From: Gracilinanus agilis
Lineage: Eukaryota
Reading direction: 5' to 3'
DNA length: 64,000 nt
NCBI RefSeq assembly: GCF_016433145.1
Contig: NC_058131.1
Span: forward strand, 394,560,720 to 394,624,719
Position 1 is the first letter of the stretch; every line of letters begins with the position of its first letter. Both the position numbers and the translations under genes were made by a program. Below are positions 9,863-23,797 of the stretch, in pieces. The notes beneath the pieces were generated by a model that was not told the origin of the DNA, did not search any database, and saw only the letters and a program-made list of their open reading frames with translations.

Positions 9863-11961
9863 TTACTTATTCATCCATTCATCCATTCATATACTATTCT
9901 TATTGTTGTTGTCATTCATTTTGTGAAGTTCCTGTTTTCATCTGTGCTTGAATGCCCTTTGGGGGTAACTTTGAAGGGATTTTCTGCCCCCCCCCCAAGG
10001 CTCCTAAGAGAGAGTTATGGGAAAGTGTACTAGATCTGCCTTCAGACACTTCCTAACTGTGACCCCCCATTGTCTAGCCCTTACAGCTCTTCTGCCTTAG
10101 AACCATACACAGTATTGATTCTAAGATGGAAGGTAAGGGTGTTTTTATTTTTTTTTAAGTGAATTAGAATGAACACATGGAAAGACTGCACAAAGAGGGC
10201 AAGGAGCCATGGGTTTTATTTTTAAGAGCTTCTCTAAACGAGGCTAGGAGGCACGATGAATTCTCTCCTAGGTTTGGGTTTAGGAAGACCTCAGGCACTA
10301 GACTATGCTGCCAGGACAATCTTAATGTCTGAATTGGCCTAAATCACTGCTGTGGGCCATATATCTTTGGGAAAAGAGCTAACCCTGGAGTCAGGAAGGC
10401 CCGAGTTCAAATCTAGACTCAACCACTTATTAGCTATATGACCATGTAATCTCTGCCTCAATTTCCTTATCCAGAAAATGGGGATACTAATTGTGCCTAT
10501 CTTCCAGGATAGTTGTAAGAAGCAAATGAGGTAATAATTGTAAAGTGCTTAGCACAGGCTATAATTATATATTTATACATTTTACATATATATTTATGTA
10601 GAACAGTGCTATATAAGTGCTCTATAAATGTTGGCTTTTATCATCTTAGTTTCATGCAAATTTCTTGGGTTGCCATTAGAAGCGAGAACATCATCTCCCT
10701 GGTTACCCACACCATGTCCATAGTTCCTTCCTGGCTTTTATTCCCTTCTCCCCTCTATTCCTTGTGAGGCAGGGATTTTAGGAGATTTGGCTTAAATCTG
10801 CTTCCTCAGTGCTGGAACCTGAGCAGCCTCTTCTCTCTGTACACATTACCCTTAGTGGATTGAATTCCTGAGCATTCAGTGTGTGCTTCTAGAACAGTCT
10901 CCCTGTGGGGTAGGGTGTGGTGAGGAGCAGGAGAGGTATTGTCACTGTTTTTCCAAATATCTCATTGATTAGAAGGAGGCAGGTGGTGAGTGTTGTACTA
11001 GATAACCTCTTCCAGATCTAAGAATATGATTTCTGGGAAATGTTAAATATACACACACAACATAAAAAATACTACAGAGGAAGCTTACCCCCACCTCAAT
11101 CCCTAATAGCTGCCATTTTAGGGAGTAGGAACAGTGGACCTTTGGTGAAGAGAAAGGAGAGATTGATAACACTAGGCAAGTCCATGAAATTGGTTTTGAA
11201 ATGAGGATTCTGGGAAGACTTAAATAAAAGAAGACAGAAGTATCTGAAGGAAGGGATTCATTGTTGCTCCATAAGTTATTTTGATATTTGTATGCAAATT
11301 CCAGATCAGAATAATATTTCAAATGCATATGGATGAACGTTTGATCTCCTCTGTGCTCAGGAATGGGAGGTGGGAAGAAGCCCCCTTTTGCTATTGTAAA
11401 TGACCTTTCTGGAGCTGGGAAATGTTTTGCTCCTAAACGTAATGACCAGAGTGCATTGAAAATCACTAGTAGGTATTCATTATTATCCTGCTAGTCCCCA
11501 GTGGCTTTCCCAAGCCCTTTTAAGAGTGCCGGTCAGAAATGTGCCAATGAACCTGAGGTGAATAATATTAAGACAGGCCTGTCAAAATGTTTCTACTGCT
11601 CAATGAAAAGTGCTTGCCTAATGACTGAGTTTCTTGGACTTTGGCATTTGAAGAGTAGATGAAACTCCAGTTGGGTATTGAGCTAGACTTAGAGAATCGC
11701 AGCGGTGAGGAAGAGCTGCTGAGAAACCAAGGGGGAAAAAATGAAGGCTTTTGGTTTATCCCCTGGACACATTTTGATGGCTACAAAGAGTGGTTGAAAA
11801 ACAAAGGCTAGTGCAAGTCAAAGCTATCTAGCTCTCCTATGTACTTTTTGGGTTCCCAGCAACTTTTTCAAATGAAAAGTCCTTAGCTAGCTTTCCCTTA
11901 GCACCTTGGCTTCTGGTAAGAGAGCTGGGATATTGTGCCAAAGGAAAGCTGATGGAATTTA

Positions 11962-12160
11962 TTTATTTTTAAAGTTCTTACCTTCTATCTTAGAATCAAT
12001 ACTGTGTATATGTTCCAAGGCAGAAAGAGTGGTAAGGGCAATGAGGGTTAAGTGACTTGCCCAGAGTCACACCGCTAGAAGCCTCTGAGGCCAGATTTGA
12101 ACCTAGGACCTCCTATTTCTAGGCCTGGCTGTCAATCCACTGAGCCACCCAGCTGCTCTC
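11962..12160 (-). mobile_element. Mdo-type tRNA/CORE SINE with 16-bp TSD
   Basis: TSD AAGCTGATGGAATTTA at 11946-11961 and 12161-12176. Confidence 0.92.
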
Positions 12161-13519
12161 AAGCTGATGGAATTTAGCAGGAAAGTTACTGGTGTCTATA
12201 TAGCTAGACTCTTCCTTGTAAGCCCATGGCAACAAATGCAATGGTCTCCTGGATACTGGAGAGGAGAGAATATCTGTCCATCCTTCTAATCCCCTACCTC
12301 TAATTTTCCCCACATTCTAGGTTCCCATGCTCAATTGTTGCCAGAGGGAATGGGGAGGAAGTTTTCATTACATTTGTAGTGTGGACAGAGATGTGGCTGA
12401 ATTAGTTGGGAAACATAGAATTGCCCTTTGCATGCAAACATGCTGGAATTCCAGCAATGTTTTATGCCAGGCTAGCCCACTTTCCCTCTCAGAAGGGTAG
12501 AATCTAGTTCATTTAGCTTTTCACTCTCAAAGGACTAAATTCCCTTCTTTTAGGCCAGGAAGGTCATAGGGCTCAGAAACTGCAAGAACCTTAAAGATGA
12601 TTAGGTTTTAGCCCAGGTAGGAAGAGTTCAGGTTGGCATATGCCACAGCTGAGGCTAGCTAAGATAAGGTAATCCAAGTGTGGTGTCCGTATTCATTTAA
12701 TCACTATGGCAAGATTTCTCTTTAGAAAATAGTTTTTGGGAAATGGAGAGGTGTCAGGGGTCATTTGGAGTTTCTGAGATTGTATGCCAGGTGGAATAAG
12801 GGCTTTAATATCTTTGATCTCCTAGATGTTGCAAAAAAAGAGAGGTATACCCTAGGAATCAAGGAGAATGAAAAAGCTATATGAGAAGATGGAGGATAAA
12901 AAAACTAAAAGTAGTGAAATCTAGGAGAACTGGGATAGACAATAGAGGTGCAAGGTCAGCCAGTAATGGTTATGTGTGTAGGTATGATGTCTGTAAGGTC
13001 TTTATTATATCTGGGTTGAGCTTCAGACCAGGAAGTTGTCTTGAATACCCAATATAAAAGTGTTACCATTTATGTTCCAATGAATCTTGATTAGTATGTA
13101 TAAACCTGGAGTGTTCTCGTTGTCTCTTCATCAGGATAGTTGAAGGTTTAGTTCTGGGATCCTCAGCCCAAGAGGACAGGGTCCGTACCTTAACTACATA
13201 GTCTTGTATTTCTGCTAGCATCTAGCATAGTGCTTTGCACAAAGTAGGTGCTTTATAAATGGCCTGTGAGTGAAAGGATGAATGAAAGGAAATGGCAATA
13301 TGATGGGGGAAAAAGAGAGGAGGTAATTTCAATTTGGCAGTCCTAATGGATTGAAAGATTGAATTATCCTCCTTGGTTTCTGGTATTAACTTTGGTGGGA
13401 CTTTGAAGAAAATAGTATTCTACAAGAACTCTAAATAAGCCACTTTATCCTTTAAGGCTATGCAGAATGGCCCTAAGGTAAAAGACTTATTTGTTTTGAC
13501 TATATCAAAAAAGTTACTG

Positions 13520-13860
13520 TTAACCTTTCAATTTCTTTTCTTTTTTGAAAAATATTTTATTCCTCAATTTCATGTAAAATAAATTCTAAATATTCATTTA
13601 TTTTTTAATTTTTTAATTCCAAATTCTCTCCCTCCTTCCCTTCCTCCCCTTGCCACTCTCTGAGTCAATAAGCAATCTGTTAAAAGATTTTACCTCTGCA
13701 ATTATGGAAGACATCTTTATGTTTTAATCCGTTCATGGAAGAGATCTCAAACAAAAAAATGAAGAAAAAAATATAGTATGTTGTGGTCTGCTTTCAGACT
13801 CCAACAGTTATTTTCTCTGGAGGTGGAATTTTTCATCATGAATCCTCTCTGTTGATTTCT
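13520..13860 (-). mobile_element. Old L1 3' UTR fragment
   Basis: Resembles the L1 3' ends at about 375-815 and 19005-19510. Confidence 0.6.
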
Positions 13861-14616
13861 AGTTTTACTTTCTTCCTCTTTAAAACTGGGACAAATTCTG
13901 AGTACCTATCTGTCTTCAAAGACTTTTGAGGACTCTGACATTGAGGAAAAGCTTTTGAGGCTCCCCTAAAAGGACTGTGATATGAAGAAGGGCAGTGAGG
14001 TTTGGTGATAAGAGATAATCTAATGTAAGGGCATGAAGACTTGAATATGATTCCTACTTTTTCTACTTACAAGCTATAGGACTACTGGCAAGTGATTATA
14101 TACTTTCTACATTCCATTTTCTCCTCTATAATATAAACTGAGATACTGATACCTGGAGAACTTACTTTAGCAGGCTTATTATAAGAGTCAAATAAGATAA
14201 TATAAATAACTGCAGTTTGTGGATGTCAGCTTTTAGCCTTTTATTATTACTAGGATAGGAATATTCATCAGTTCAAGGAATGTTGTTTGATTCCACTGTG
14301 AGGTATGTAAATACCTTTTTTTTTCTAAATATCTGAAATTGAAGACACTCTAAAGACCTCATACTTTTCCAAGGGGAATGAGGAGAAGAAATTCACATAA
14401 AAATTCTTTTACATTCATATTATATTTTGAAGTGCTTTACTGACACTTTACATTCATTAGTTTTTTTGAGTCCCACAAAAATCCTGTGAAGTAGGCACTA
14501 TATTACCTCCATTTTCTAGATGAGAAAACTGAGGTGAGATTCAAATATGTCTTCCTGACTACAAGCCTAGCATTCTAGCCATTATGCTGCCGATTTCACA
14601 AGAATTAAACCTGGTC

Positions 14617-14824
14617 AGGGCAGCTGGGCAGCTCAGTGGATTGAGAGCCAGGCCTAGAGACGGGAGTTCCTAGGTTCAAATCTGGCCTTAGACACTTCCC
14701 AGTTGTGTGACCCTGGGCAAGTCACTTAATCCCCATTGCCTAGCCCTTACCACTCTTCTGCCTTGCAGCCAATGCATAGTATTGACTCCTAGACAGAAGG
14801 TAAGGGTTTAAAAAAAAAAAAAAA
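14617..14824 (+). mobile_element. Mdo-type SINE
   Basis: GGGCAGCTGGG..GGTTCAAATC..GGTAAGGGTTT(A)n. Confidence 0.92.
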
Positions 14825-15111
14825 GAATGCCACCTGGTAAACATTTGACTAAAATAGGATTCTTTTTTAAAAAAGTAGTGTTGTTTTTGTTGTGATAGAT
14901 TCTGACCTAATCTAAAGGGGATAGTGACAGTAACTCTGACACTGGTTGGGATTTCTATTTTAAAGACCCTTCTATGTAGGACCTGAAGCCACAGGAGTCA
15001 ATGACTAATCAAGGGTAGCTATTTCCTCTGCCTGGAATGTACTCCCTTTTCACCCCAACCTGTCAATCCTTCTCTTCTACTTAGGCTCGGCTCAGATGTT
15101 AAACCATTCTT

Positions 15112-15400
15112 TTTTTTTTTTAAACATTTATTAATATTCATTTTTAACATGGTTACATGATTCATGCTCCTACTTTCCCCTTCACCCCCCCACACTCCCC
15201 CCACCCATGGCTGATGCACATTTCCACTAGTTTTGTCATGTGTCATTGATCAAGACCTGTTTCCAAATTGTTGGTAGTTGCATTGGTGTGGTAGTTTCGA
15301 GTCCACATCCCCAATCATGTCCGCCTCAACCCATGCGTTCAAGCGGTTGTTTTTCTTATATGTTTCCTCTCCTGCAGTCCTTCCTCTGAATGTGGGTAGC
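15112..15400 (-). mobile_element. Young 5'-truncated L1 (3' UTR only) with 14-bp TSD
   Basis: TSD GTTAAACCATTCTT at 15098-15111 and 15401-15414; TT/AAGA endonuclease site; close to the 41727 copy. Confidence 0.92.
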
Positions 15401-16434
15401 GTTAAACCATTCTTAAAATGCCTTCTCTGATGTTCTCTCCCTCTCTCCTTCTCTCTTCCCTTTCTCTCTCTCCCCTCTCTTTTCCTTCCCTTTCTCCCCT
15501 TCTCCCCCCTCCCTCTTTACATTTTCTTATAACATTTTGTCTCAATCTCACCTCTTTGCTTATATTTATCTGTGTATATCTCAGTTTCTTCTTTTTAAAA
15601 CACAAACTTTTTGAGGGTAGGGACGGTATCATTTTTCATCTTTGTATTCCCATCAGCTAGCAGTATATCTTGCTCATAAATATTATTTGAAGAGAGGGAC
15701 TGAGAAGAGATGGTTGCCAAAGCTTTCTGCAACTGGTCTTGGCTTAGCTCTGCAACTAGACTGTCGGGTGGCAGCCCAGGACACTGAAAGGAGACATTTG
15801 GTGGAGTTGTTGGCAGGAGCTGCCTTGCTGCAGGGACTAAAGGGAATCTCCTGAGTTGGAGAGAATCAGACATGCAGGCAAAGGTGGGACAAATAGCCAT
15901 CTGGTGAACAGCGAGTGTTTTGCTGGTGCTGCTGGCCTAAAGAGGGAATACTAGCTACCTACCACAGAGGCTGAGCTCTCAATTACTGGCTTTGAATTGA
16001 TACCTTAGAAGGTCTCCCTTGTGATAATACATTCTGCTTTACTAATTATCACCGTGGGCTTAACATGACCCCCTCTCCCTGCCCCCCAGCACAATACATG
16101 CAGCAGTCACTCAGGACCAATTGTTTATCATTATAATCCCAGAAAGAGGGATGAGTCAATAAATTATGGAAGACATTATGGAAAGTTCTTCAATGGGTTC
16201 AGGGAGGCATGAGCCATGGTCCCTGGCTTCAACAAGCATACCATCTGTTTAGAGAGACAGAACATAGGTCCATAAAAAGATTATAGTACAAGGCAGGACA
16301 TGATAAGCAAGACACAGTGTTATAGGGAATAGAGAGGCAAGAGGATCTAGGTTCAAATCCTGTGACTGACATATATGGACCATATGACATGGAAGAGTTG
16401 CTTAACTTTTTTTTACCTGAGATAAGAGGCATCT

Positions 16435-16628
16435 CTGCTAGTGTAGCATTCCTAATTGCAGTCTGAACCAAATTAAAATACAACTGGGAAATATTTAACA
16501 AAATAAATGAAATATAATAAAACATAGATAATGTTAATATATGGTTTTCTAAGTCAATATGCAACCCAGAGGGATCCTTATGTATAGTTTAGGGGCCCTA
16601 GTTTCATTTTGAGTTTGACACCACTTCC
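16435..16628 (-). mobile_element. hAT-type MITE (GTGGTGTCAAACTCAAA terminus)
   Basis: Same family as the copy at about 46660-47075. Confidence 0.6.
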
Positions 16629-16740
16629 CTAGATGACTCTCTAAAACAATGTTCTTAACATGGGATTAATGGATCTTCCCCTCATCCCTAAGGGATCTGT
16701 GGATAAATTTTGGGGACTCTGTAAGTTTGAATGCATAAAT

Positions 16741-16954
16741 TTTTTTTTTAGTATTTTTTTTTAAGCCCTTACCTTCCGTCTTGGAGTCAATATTGTGTAT
16801 TGGCTCCAAGGCAGAAGAATGGTAAGGGTAGGCAATGGGGGTCAAGTGACTTGCCCAGGGTCACACAGCTACAAAGTGTCTGAGGTCAGATTTGAATCCA
16901 GGACCTCCTATCTCTAGGCCTGACTCTCTATCCACTGAGCCACCCAGCTGCCTC
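16741..16954 (-). mobile_element. Mdo-type SINE nested in a hAT-type MITE (about 16645-17040)
   Basis: Full head and tail match to the other copies. Confidence 0.9.
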
Positions 16955-17077
16955 CTGTCTCTTTCAATTATTTAAAAATATTCTATGAAAGGGATCCATA
17001 GCTTCACAAGATGACTGCCAGGGGGAAGAGGTCTAATATACCTAAAGGTTAAGGATATCTTCTAAGACTAGAGGCAA

Positions 17078-17259
17078 GGGGACAGCTGGGTGGCTGAATG
17101 TATAGAGAGTCAGGCCTGGAAATAAGAGACCCTGGGTTTAAATTTGGCCTCAGACACTTCCTAGCTGTGTGACTCTAGGTAAGTAACCCCATTCTAAGCC
17201 CTTATCGCCCTCTTCCTTACCTTAGAACCAATACTAAGGCTTTTAGGGGGGAAAGGGGG
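17078..17259 (+). mobile_element. Mdo-type SINE with 10-bp TSD
   Basis: TSD AAGACTAGAG at 17064-17073 and 17260-17269. Confidence 0.85.
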
Positions 17260-18565
17260 AAGACTAGAGATAGCAGAGTTGCTGCTCTTTCTGTATTGTG
17301 TTTCCTCCTTGGAATTCCCTATACTAATAAGAACATGGGTCTGGTTTCCTCCTTCTCCTAAAAATTAAAGCTCTGTGGTAACTGCCAAGTAATGAAATGA
17401 GTAGGAATTCAAAGAAAGTAAGAATAAACCCTCTAAGGTTTATCAGTGCTTTATATACATTATCTTATATCTAAGGCTTACCCTGCCAAATAGGGGTGTT
17501 TCATCTTATTCCCATTGCCCAGATGATGAACCAAAGATCAGAGAGCTTGCTTTGCTCATGGTTATACAGTTAAGTAAGTGTTGAACCTGGTATTGGAAAC
17601 CAGGGTCTCCCATCTCCAAGTCTAGTGTTCTTTTCACTAAGGTGCCTCTCCAAGGAGAGATCACAACAACTTGAATTGATGATAGATGCATCCCAGAGGA
17701 GGTAGAACTTGGTCTTGACCATGAGAGAAGGGCAGGTGTTAGGCAGAGATGAGAGGGGCCATATTAGAAGAGGGGAAGGAGCCTGTGTACAAGCTCCATT
17801 GGCCTGGAAGCAATGGCTGGTAACATGACATTAGATGAACATTGCTGGAGCTAAGAGGTGGCCATGGGTTCCAATGTTCTATCAGAAATTGTGAACATAT
17901 ATATTCCCAACTCTTAATTCAGTAGGGATGTAGCTTCATTTTAAACCACTCCAAAATCTGGGGTGCTTATTTGATGGTAATCTAGTTTGGCATCAGGTTT
18001 TGAACCTTTTGGGGGGCTTTTCTGTGATTTTTAATATAATAAACATTGTAAGGTATCTTCTCATTTGCAAGACGTTCTACTTGGCCTAAGTGAAGTACTA
18101 GAATTTAAGAATACTTCCTGGGACTAAGCTGACACAGTATATACACATATACACACATATCCCCCCACACACATAAAACATATATGTACGTATACATGCA
18201 CTTAAAATCCATAAGGTGAAGAAATAGAGATAATAGGATGAGAATTTTATTCTAAAGTAAAATTATAATATCTACTTACAAATATTTATATTTAAAGTAT
18301 ATTTGTATAGATAGAAGTTATAGTGAAATAATTTTTTAAAATTTGTGTCAATTGACAGGGCTGGTCTCGCTAGCAAATATGGAATGTTTTGCCCATAGAG
18401 GAGATAAGACATTTGCTTATCTTGTACAACTAACTATATATAATAGTATATAAGAGAGATCCAAATGAATTGACAACAGGCAGACTAAGCTTATAATAAC
18501 TTTTTATGACTGGCAGATCATTCTCCATGTATTCTTTTGTTTTTGCATATTTGATCTCAATTTCC

Positions 18566-18763
18566 TTTTTTTTTTTTTTTAAACCCTTATCTTCTATCTT
18601 AGAATCAGTACTGTGTATATCCAAGGCAGCAGAGTGGTAAGGGTAGACAATGGGGGTTAAGTGCCCAGGGTCACACTGCTAGAAAGTGTCTAAGGTCAGA
18701 CTTGAACCCAGGACCTCCCAACTCTAAGCCTGGCTCTCAATCCACTGAGCCACCCAGCTGCCC
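18566..18763 (-). mobile_element. Mdo-type SINE
   Basis: Poly-T, tail, core and CAGCTGCCC head. Confidence 0.9.
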
Positions 18764-19004
18764 TTTTATTTTTTTATTCTCTTAATTATTCTTTATTATA
18801 TTATTATTACTACGACTAGATATTTATTTTATGTTATTTATTTTTATTTATATATTATATGTAGTTATAATATATGTTTATGTATTATTAATTATTCTTT
18901 TAATAATGAAAATCATATCTCATCTATGCCTATTTATCTTCTTGTACATGTCTTTCCATTAATTTGCCAAAGGAAAGCCTTCTGACATTCTGTGAGTCTT
19001 TCTC

Positions 19005-19510
19005 ATCTTTTTCTTTTTAATTTTTTTAATTGTCATGCAAAATACAATTCCACATTGGTCATACATAACCAAAACCCCCAAATAAAACCATAAATACACT
19101 GATGTGGAAGAAGACTCCAACAGTTCTTGCTCTGGAGGTGGATAGCATTCCCCAAAATAAAGTCTTTCAGGATTGTCTCAGATCATTGCATTGCTGAGAG
19201 TAGTCAAGATCTCACAGCTGATCATCGTACAATATTGCTGTTACTGTGTAGAATGTTCTCCTAGCTCTGCTTATTTTACTCTGCATCAGTTCTTGTAGAT
19301 TTTTCCATTTTTTTCTGAAACCATCTTTTCTTATAGCTCAATAGTATTCCATCACCAACATATATCACAATTTGTTCAGCCATTCCCCAAATGGTGATAT
19401 CTCTGCAATTTCCAATTCTTTGCCATCACAAAAAGAACTGCTATGAATATTTTTGTCCAAGTAAGTCCTTTCCCCTTTTTTATTATCTCTTTGGGGTATA
19501 GACCTAGGAG
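19005..19510 (-). mobile_element. L1 ORF2 end and 3' UTR fragment
   Basis: CAATTTGTTCAGCCATTCCCCAA..GCTATGAATATTTTTGT, typical of the L1 ORF2 end (minus strand). Confidence 0.8.
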
Positions 19511-21394
19511 TTCTCCATGTATTCTTATGATTTTCCATCATAGATGTTTACATGTAAAAGAGCTGCCCTGGGACACATTTCCTACATTTTTATTTGTAGC
19601 TGAGGCTCTCTGGCATGCTTACAAATGTTCTCTCTTCTCTCTTTCACTTATCAAAATCCTTAGCTTCCTGTAAAGCTCCACTGCATTGTCATCTCCTATT
19701 GGAAGACATTTCCAATACCAGTGGTTGGCAGTAATATCCTGCTCCTCAAAAATTATCTCACCTTTCACTTAATGGTATAAATGTTACCAATGGAATATAT
19801 ACTCATTTGGGTCAAGAGTTCTTATTTTTACTTTCTTTTTGTATTCCTAGCACCTAGCTTAGTGCTCAGCAAATAGTAAGAGCTTAATAAATTCTTGCTA
19901 ATAATGATTATTGATAAGAAGGCAATCCTGGATTGAAAGACTTTTTCCTTGCACAGAATTTACCTGACTTAATTAATATGCATCATTCTCTTATAAATCT
20001 AAGGATAGGTAGATTCAGCTTAGGAGAATTGTACAGGCTAATGATATAAAGAAATGTGGAAAAAACCACTACTTTCTTTTTTGATGCTTTTGTCCCCACA
20101 TTTCTTTGCCCTTCAAAACAGAACTAAGGGAAGATCCAAGACCACTTTTGAGTTGGCATCTCCTAATAAGTACATGGATGAGTAATTTGTCCCCAGGATT
20201 CAAATTTGCTTACCCATGTTAAATAAATTGATTCTCCAATGGTCCCAGGACACCACTTGTAAATAAATACATGGAAGCTGGTGGCCCAGAAATGTTAATT
20301 TACCTCAAGTGGGTGAGCAGTCAACTTCCCCAGAATAGTTGACTTAGCTCATCCCCCTATAGTTTTAGATGCATTATTGTAATTAAATGAGGCAGATTCT
20401 CTTGGGTTATAAATTGGTCATTTGGGGATATAGCATTAACTCCTTCAGGGCAGTAGAATTTTACTTTCTAGTAAATTATAGGTTTTTACTATATGTGTTT
20501 GAGGGTGATTCTGACCCAGCAAAATTTGGGTATATTGATCAATATTTGATCCATTTGACCTAAAAAACTTGACTTTTATTATTCTTCTGTACCACTCACC
20601 TACCAAATCCCAGCTTAGTAGCATGTTTGATGAAAGATGAAAACAGCAAATCTCTCATTCTTGCCACAGAGACAACGCATACTGGAAGAGTTAAAGCAAT
20701 GGCTAAAAATACCACATTTCCAAGGAGTAACTAATGTGCAGCAGGGCATGTCTGTAGGCTGAGGCCAAAAATCCTTTAGGTTCTGAACAAGATAAGGGGA
20801 AAAAAAATTTTTTTTTGGTCAGTGTCTTGCTTTTGAGGAAGGTATGTTGATTATACAAACTTTGTTCCCTTAAAGGTTCCCAGATCAAAAAGCATATATT
20901 AGAGACCATGCTGTTCCTGTGACAGGACCTCAAGACACTGTAAAAATTAGAGATGCAAAAATAGCCTGAAACTGCTTGGTTATGGTCCCAAGGTTTCTGT
21001 CTGCCAAGATGCTCATCCCATCCTTAAGCTTTCTCAGCACAATTTGAGATGGAAATTTTTTGATCAGAATTTTTCCTGCAAGTCTGAGTCTTGGATTGGA
21101 GCCCATAGCTTAAGGGCCAGATTTTTTCTTTCCCCTCTAGTTGCCTGGCAAGCAAGGCGGCCTTTGAGTCACTTGTGTTATATTGCATCCAGGGCTGATG
21201 ACTTTGATCTAGACTCTAGAGTGTTCTGCAAAAAGCAAATAAATGTGCCCCCCCTCCCATATTGAAAGAACCCCTAAAAAGATCAATCTAACCACTGTGA
21301 TTGTGTAGTTTGTGAACGTTTGTTTCTTTGTTGCACTTATAAACAATATAATCTTCCTATCTGTCCAATCTCATTTCCTATTACTCTTCTATGT

Positions 21395-21691
21395 CAGAGG
21401 TTCATAACTTTTTTTGAAGTATCCTGAACTCTGGCAGTCTGTAAAGCCATTGGGCCCCTTCTTGGAGTAATTTTTTTTGCTATCGTTTATTTTTATATAT
21501 AATATGATATATAACATAATGACACATTATATGATTTTTTATAAATACATAGTAAATTATTATAAATATGCTTATCCAAAAGAAACAAACTCTCAGATTA
21601 TCTGTCCAAAAATCTGTTCAAATTCTTTTTTTTCCTCTTTCCTCTCACCATTATGTAGAGTTACAAAGGAAACCACCAAGATTGACATGGA

Positions 21692-21757
<66 letters not shown>

Positions 21758-21845
21758 CTGTGTATATACTATACATATCTTGTTTTTTAATACCTATATA
21801 TAATTTTTAAAAACAAGGTCATAGACACCAGATTAAGAACCTCTA
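21395..21845 (+). mobile_element. hAT/Charlie-type MITE with TIRs and 8-bp TSD, containing (TATC)16
   Basis: TIRs CAGAGGTTCATAACT / GATTAAGAACCTCTA; TSD TTCTATGT / CCCTATGT. Related copies at about 36475, 38790, 45925 and 52033. Confidence 0.75.
21692..21755. repeat. (TATC)16 microsatellite
   Basis: Direct count. Confidence 0.95.
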
Positions 21846-22899
21846 CCCTATGTAAACTTTTTATTTCAGTCTATCCTATGTGTATTTAATCAGCCATTTA
21901 ACCACTATTTGCCTTAATTTCCTCAATTGTAAAATGGATATGCTAATAATAGTACCTGCCTTGGGATTTGCTATATTGATGAAATAAGATAATATACATA
22001 AAAGTTCTTAGCATCATTGTCTGGCATATAGCAGGTGCTTAATAAATGCTTATTCCTTTCTCCTTCCCTTTATTCAACAAGCATTTATTAAGCTTTTACA
22101 ACATGTCAGGAGCTCTGCTAGGGAATAGAGATATAAAGACAAAGTCAACTCCATATGGAATTTCCATTCTTTAAAGGAGATCACATACTTGTCTGAATAA
22201 ATGTGAAATAATTGTGGATGGGAAGGAAGGGGAGATTCAAGAAGTTAACTAGGGTAGAGATAAGATCAGGGAAGGCCTCATGATGTTTTCTCCTAGTTGG
22301 AATATTCTCCTCCCTCTTCTTCTCCACTTATCCATATCCTTCAAGACTCATTCCCAACCCCCATCCCATTCTCAAGCCTTTTCTCAGAATTCCTGTAGCA
22401 CGTATTGTTTCCACCTCAGAAATGGGAACTTCTTTATTGTCTGGCATTATTCATCATCATTCGATGATAAGATGGTGAGAACCCAGATGTCAGTCACTGT
22501 ATTTATATCTCATAGTCTTTAACATCATCTTTAGACAGAGATGGTTAATGACTACTTAATGAAGATCTGACTTTGGAAGTATGCTTAATATGAGCTCTTG
22601 GGCTTATGTCGATGATATTGCATCTTTTTTCCCCTGGGACTGTATGGCCTCCTAGTAAGGTTGGAGTCAGGGGTTAATGGTAAGTGCTCTTAAATATGTA
22701 AGCCAGTGATTAAACAGAGGAGTTTTGTGTGGCTCTTAATTATTTTGGAAAAGGGACTACAACTTCAGTGAAGGCACAGATGAATGAATAGTCATTCACC
22801 TGACATTATTGATTTGCTATCGAATCATGTTGTTGTGCGCAGGAGAGATACTGAACACAAATTGATTAGAACGTTAGTATTCTCCAGAATTCCAGTGAT

Positions 22900-23280
22900 T
22901 CTGTATTCTCACTCCTATGAGTATCCCTTCTAATTTGGGGGGGTTTCAACCCATCCTGTGCAAGCCTTTCTTATGCCTTCTCATAAGTTCACCACAAGGG
23001 TCCCTCCAAAATTTGAGAGAACTTATTCGTGTTCTTTTAGCATTAGTAGGATTCCAGTAGAACATGCAGGCTACCCATTGGTTATTCTTTGTTCTTTTTA
23101 CCACATGATCAGTCATATTCTTTTTTGCTCATATATTCTTCAGTTATATCTTTTACAATGCTTCCTGTACATAATTCCTTGGGTTTAATTTGTTGCAGCC
23201 TAAAATTCTCTCACACCATTTGCTTCTCTATTACCTTTTGGTCGACCATCAAATATAGAACTCTAATCAACTGTTGAAAA
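22900..23280 (-). mobile_element. RTE LINE 3' fossil
   Basis: Degenerate homology to the same RTE C-terminal region as 1600-1900. Confidence 0.6.
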
Positions 23281-23414
23281 GTGGATGGTGATTGTTGTAG
23301 CCTTCCCTGGCCAAGATCACTTTCAGATTCTCACATATGGTTTGGGTGGTTAGAGTGTGAATAATCAACTGATGTTGGAGAAAGAAGACCTTTTGACTTT
23401 AAAAGAGATGACTG

Positions 23415-23797
23415 ACTGTACCACTTCTGGGTTTGTACCCCAAAGAAATAATGAAAAATGTTTGTACAAAAATATTTATAGCCACACTTTTTGTGGTGGC
23501 AAAAAATTGGAAAATGAGGGGGTGTTCATCGATTGGGGAATGGCTGAACAAATTGTGGTGTCTGATGGTGATAGAATACTACTGTGCTCAGAGGAATGAT
23601 TAACTGCTCGATTTCTATATGAACTGGAAAGACTTCCATGACCGGAGGCAGAAGGAAATGAGCAGAACCAGGAGAATATTGTACACAGTGACTAAAACAT
23701 TGTGGGATGATCAAATGTATTAGACTTTGGTACTAGCAGCAATGCAATGATCCAGGACAATCCCAAGGGACTTATGAGAAAGAATGCTGTCCACATC
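23415..23797 (+). mobile_element. L1 ORF2 3' fragment
   Basis: GGTTTGTACCCCAAAGAAAT..GGGGAATGGCTGAACAAATTGTGG..GAAATGAGCAGAACCAGGAG. Confidence 0.85.
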
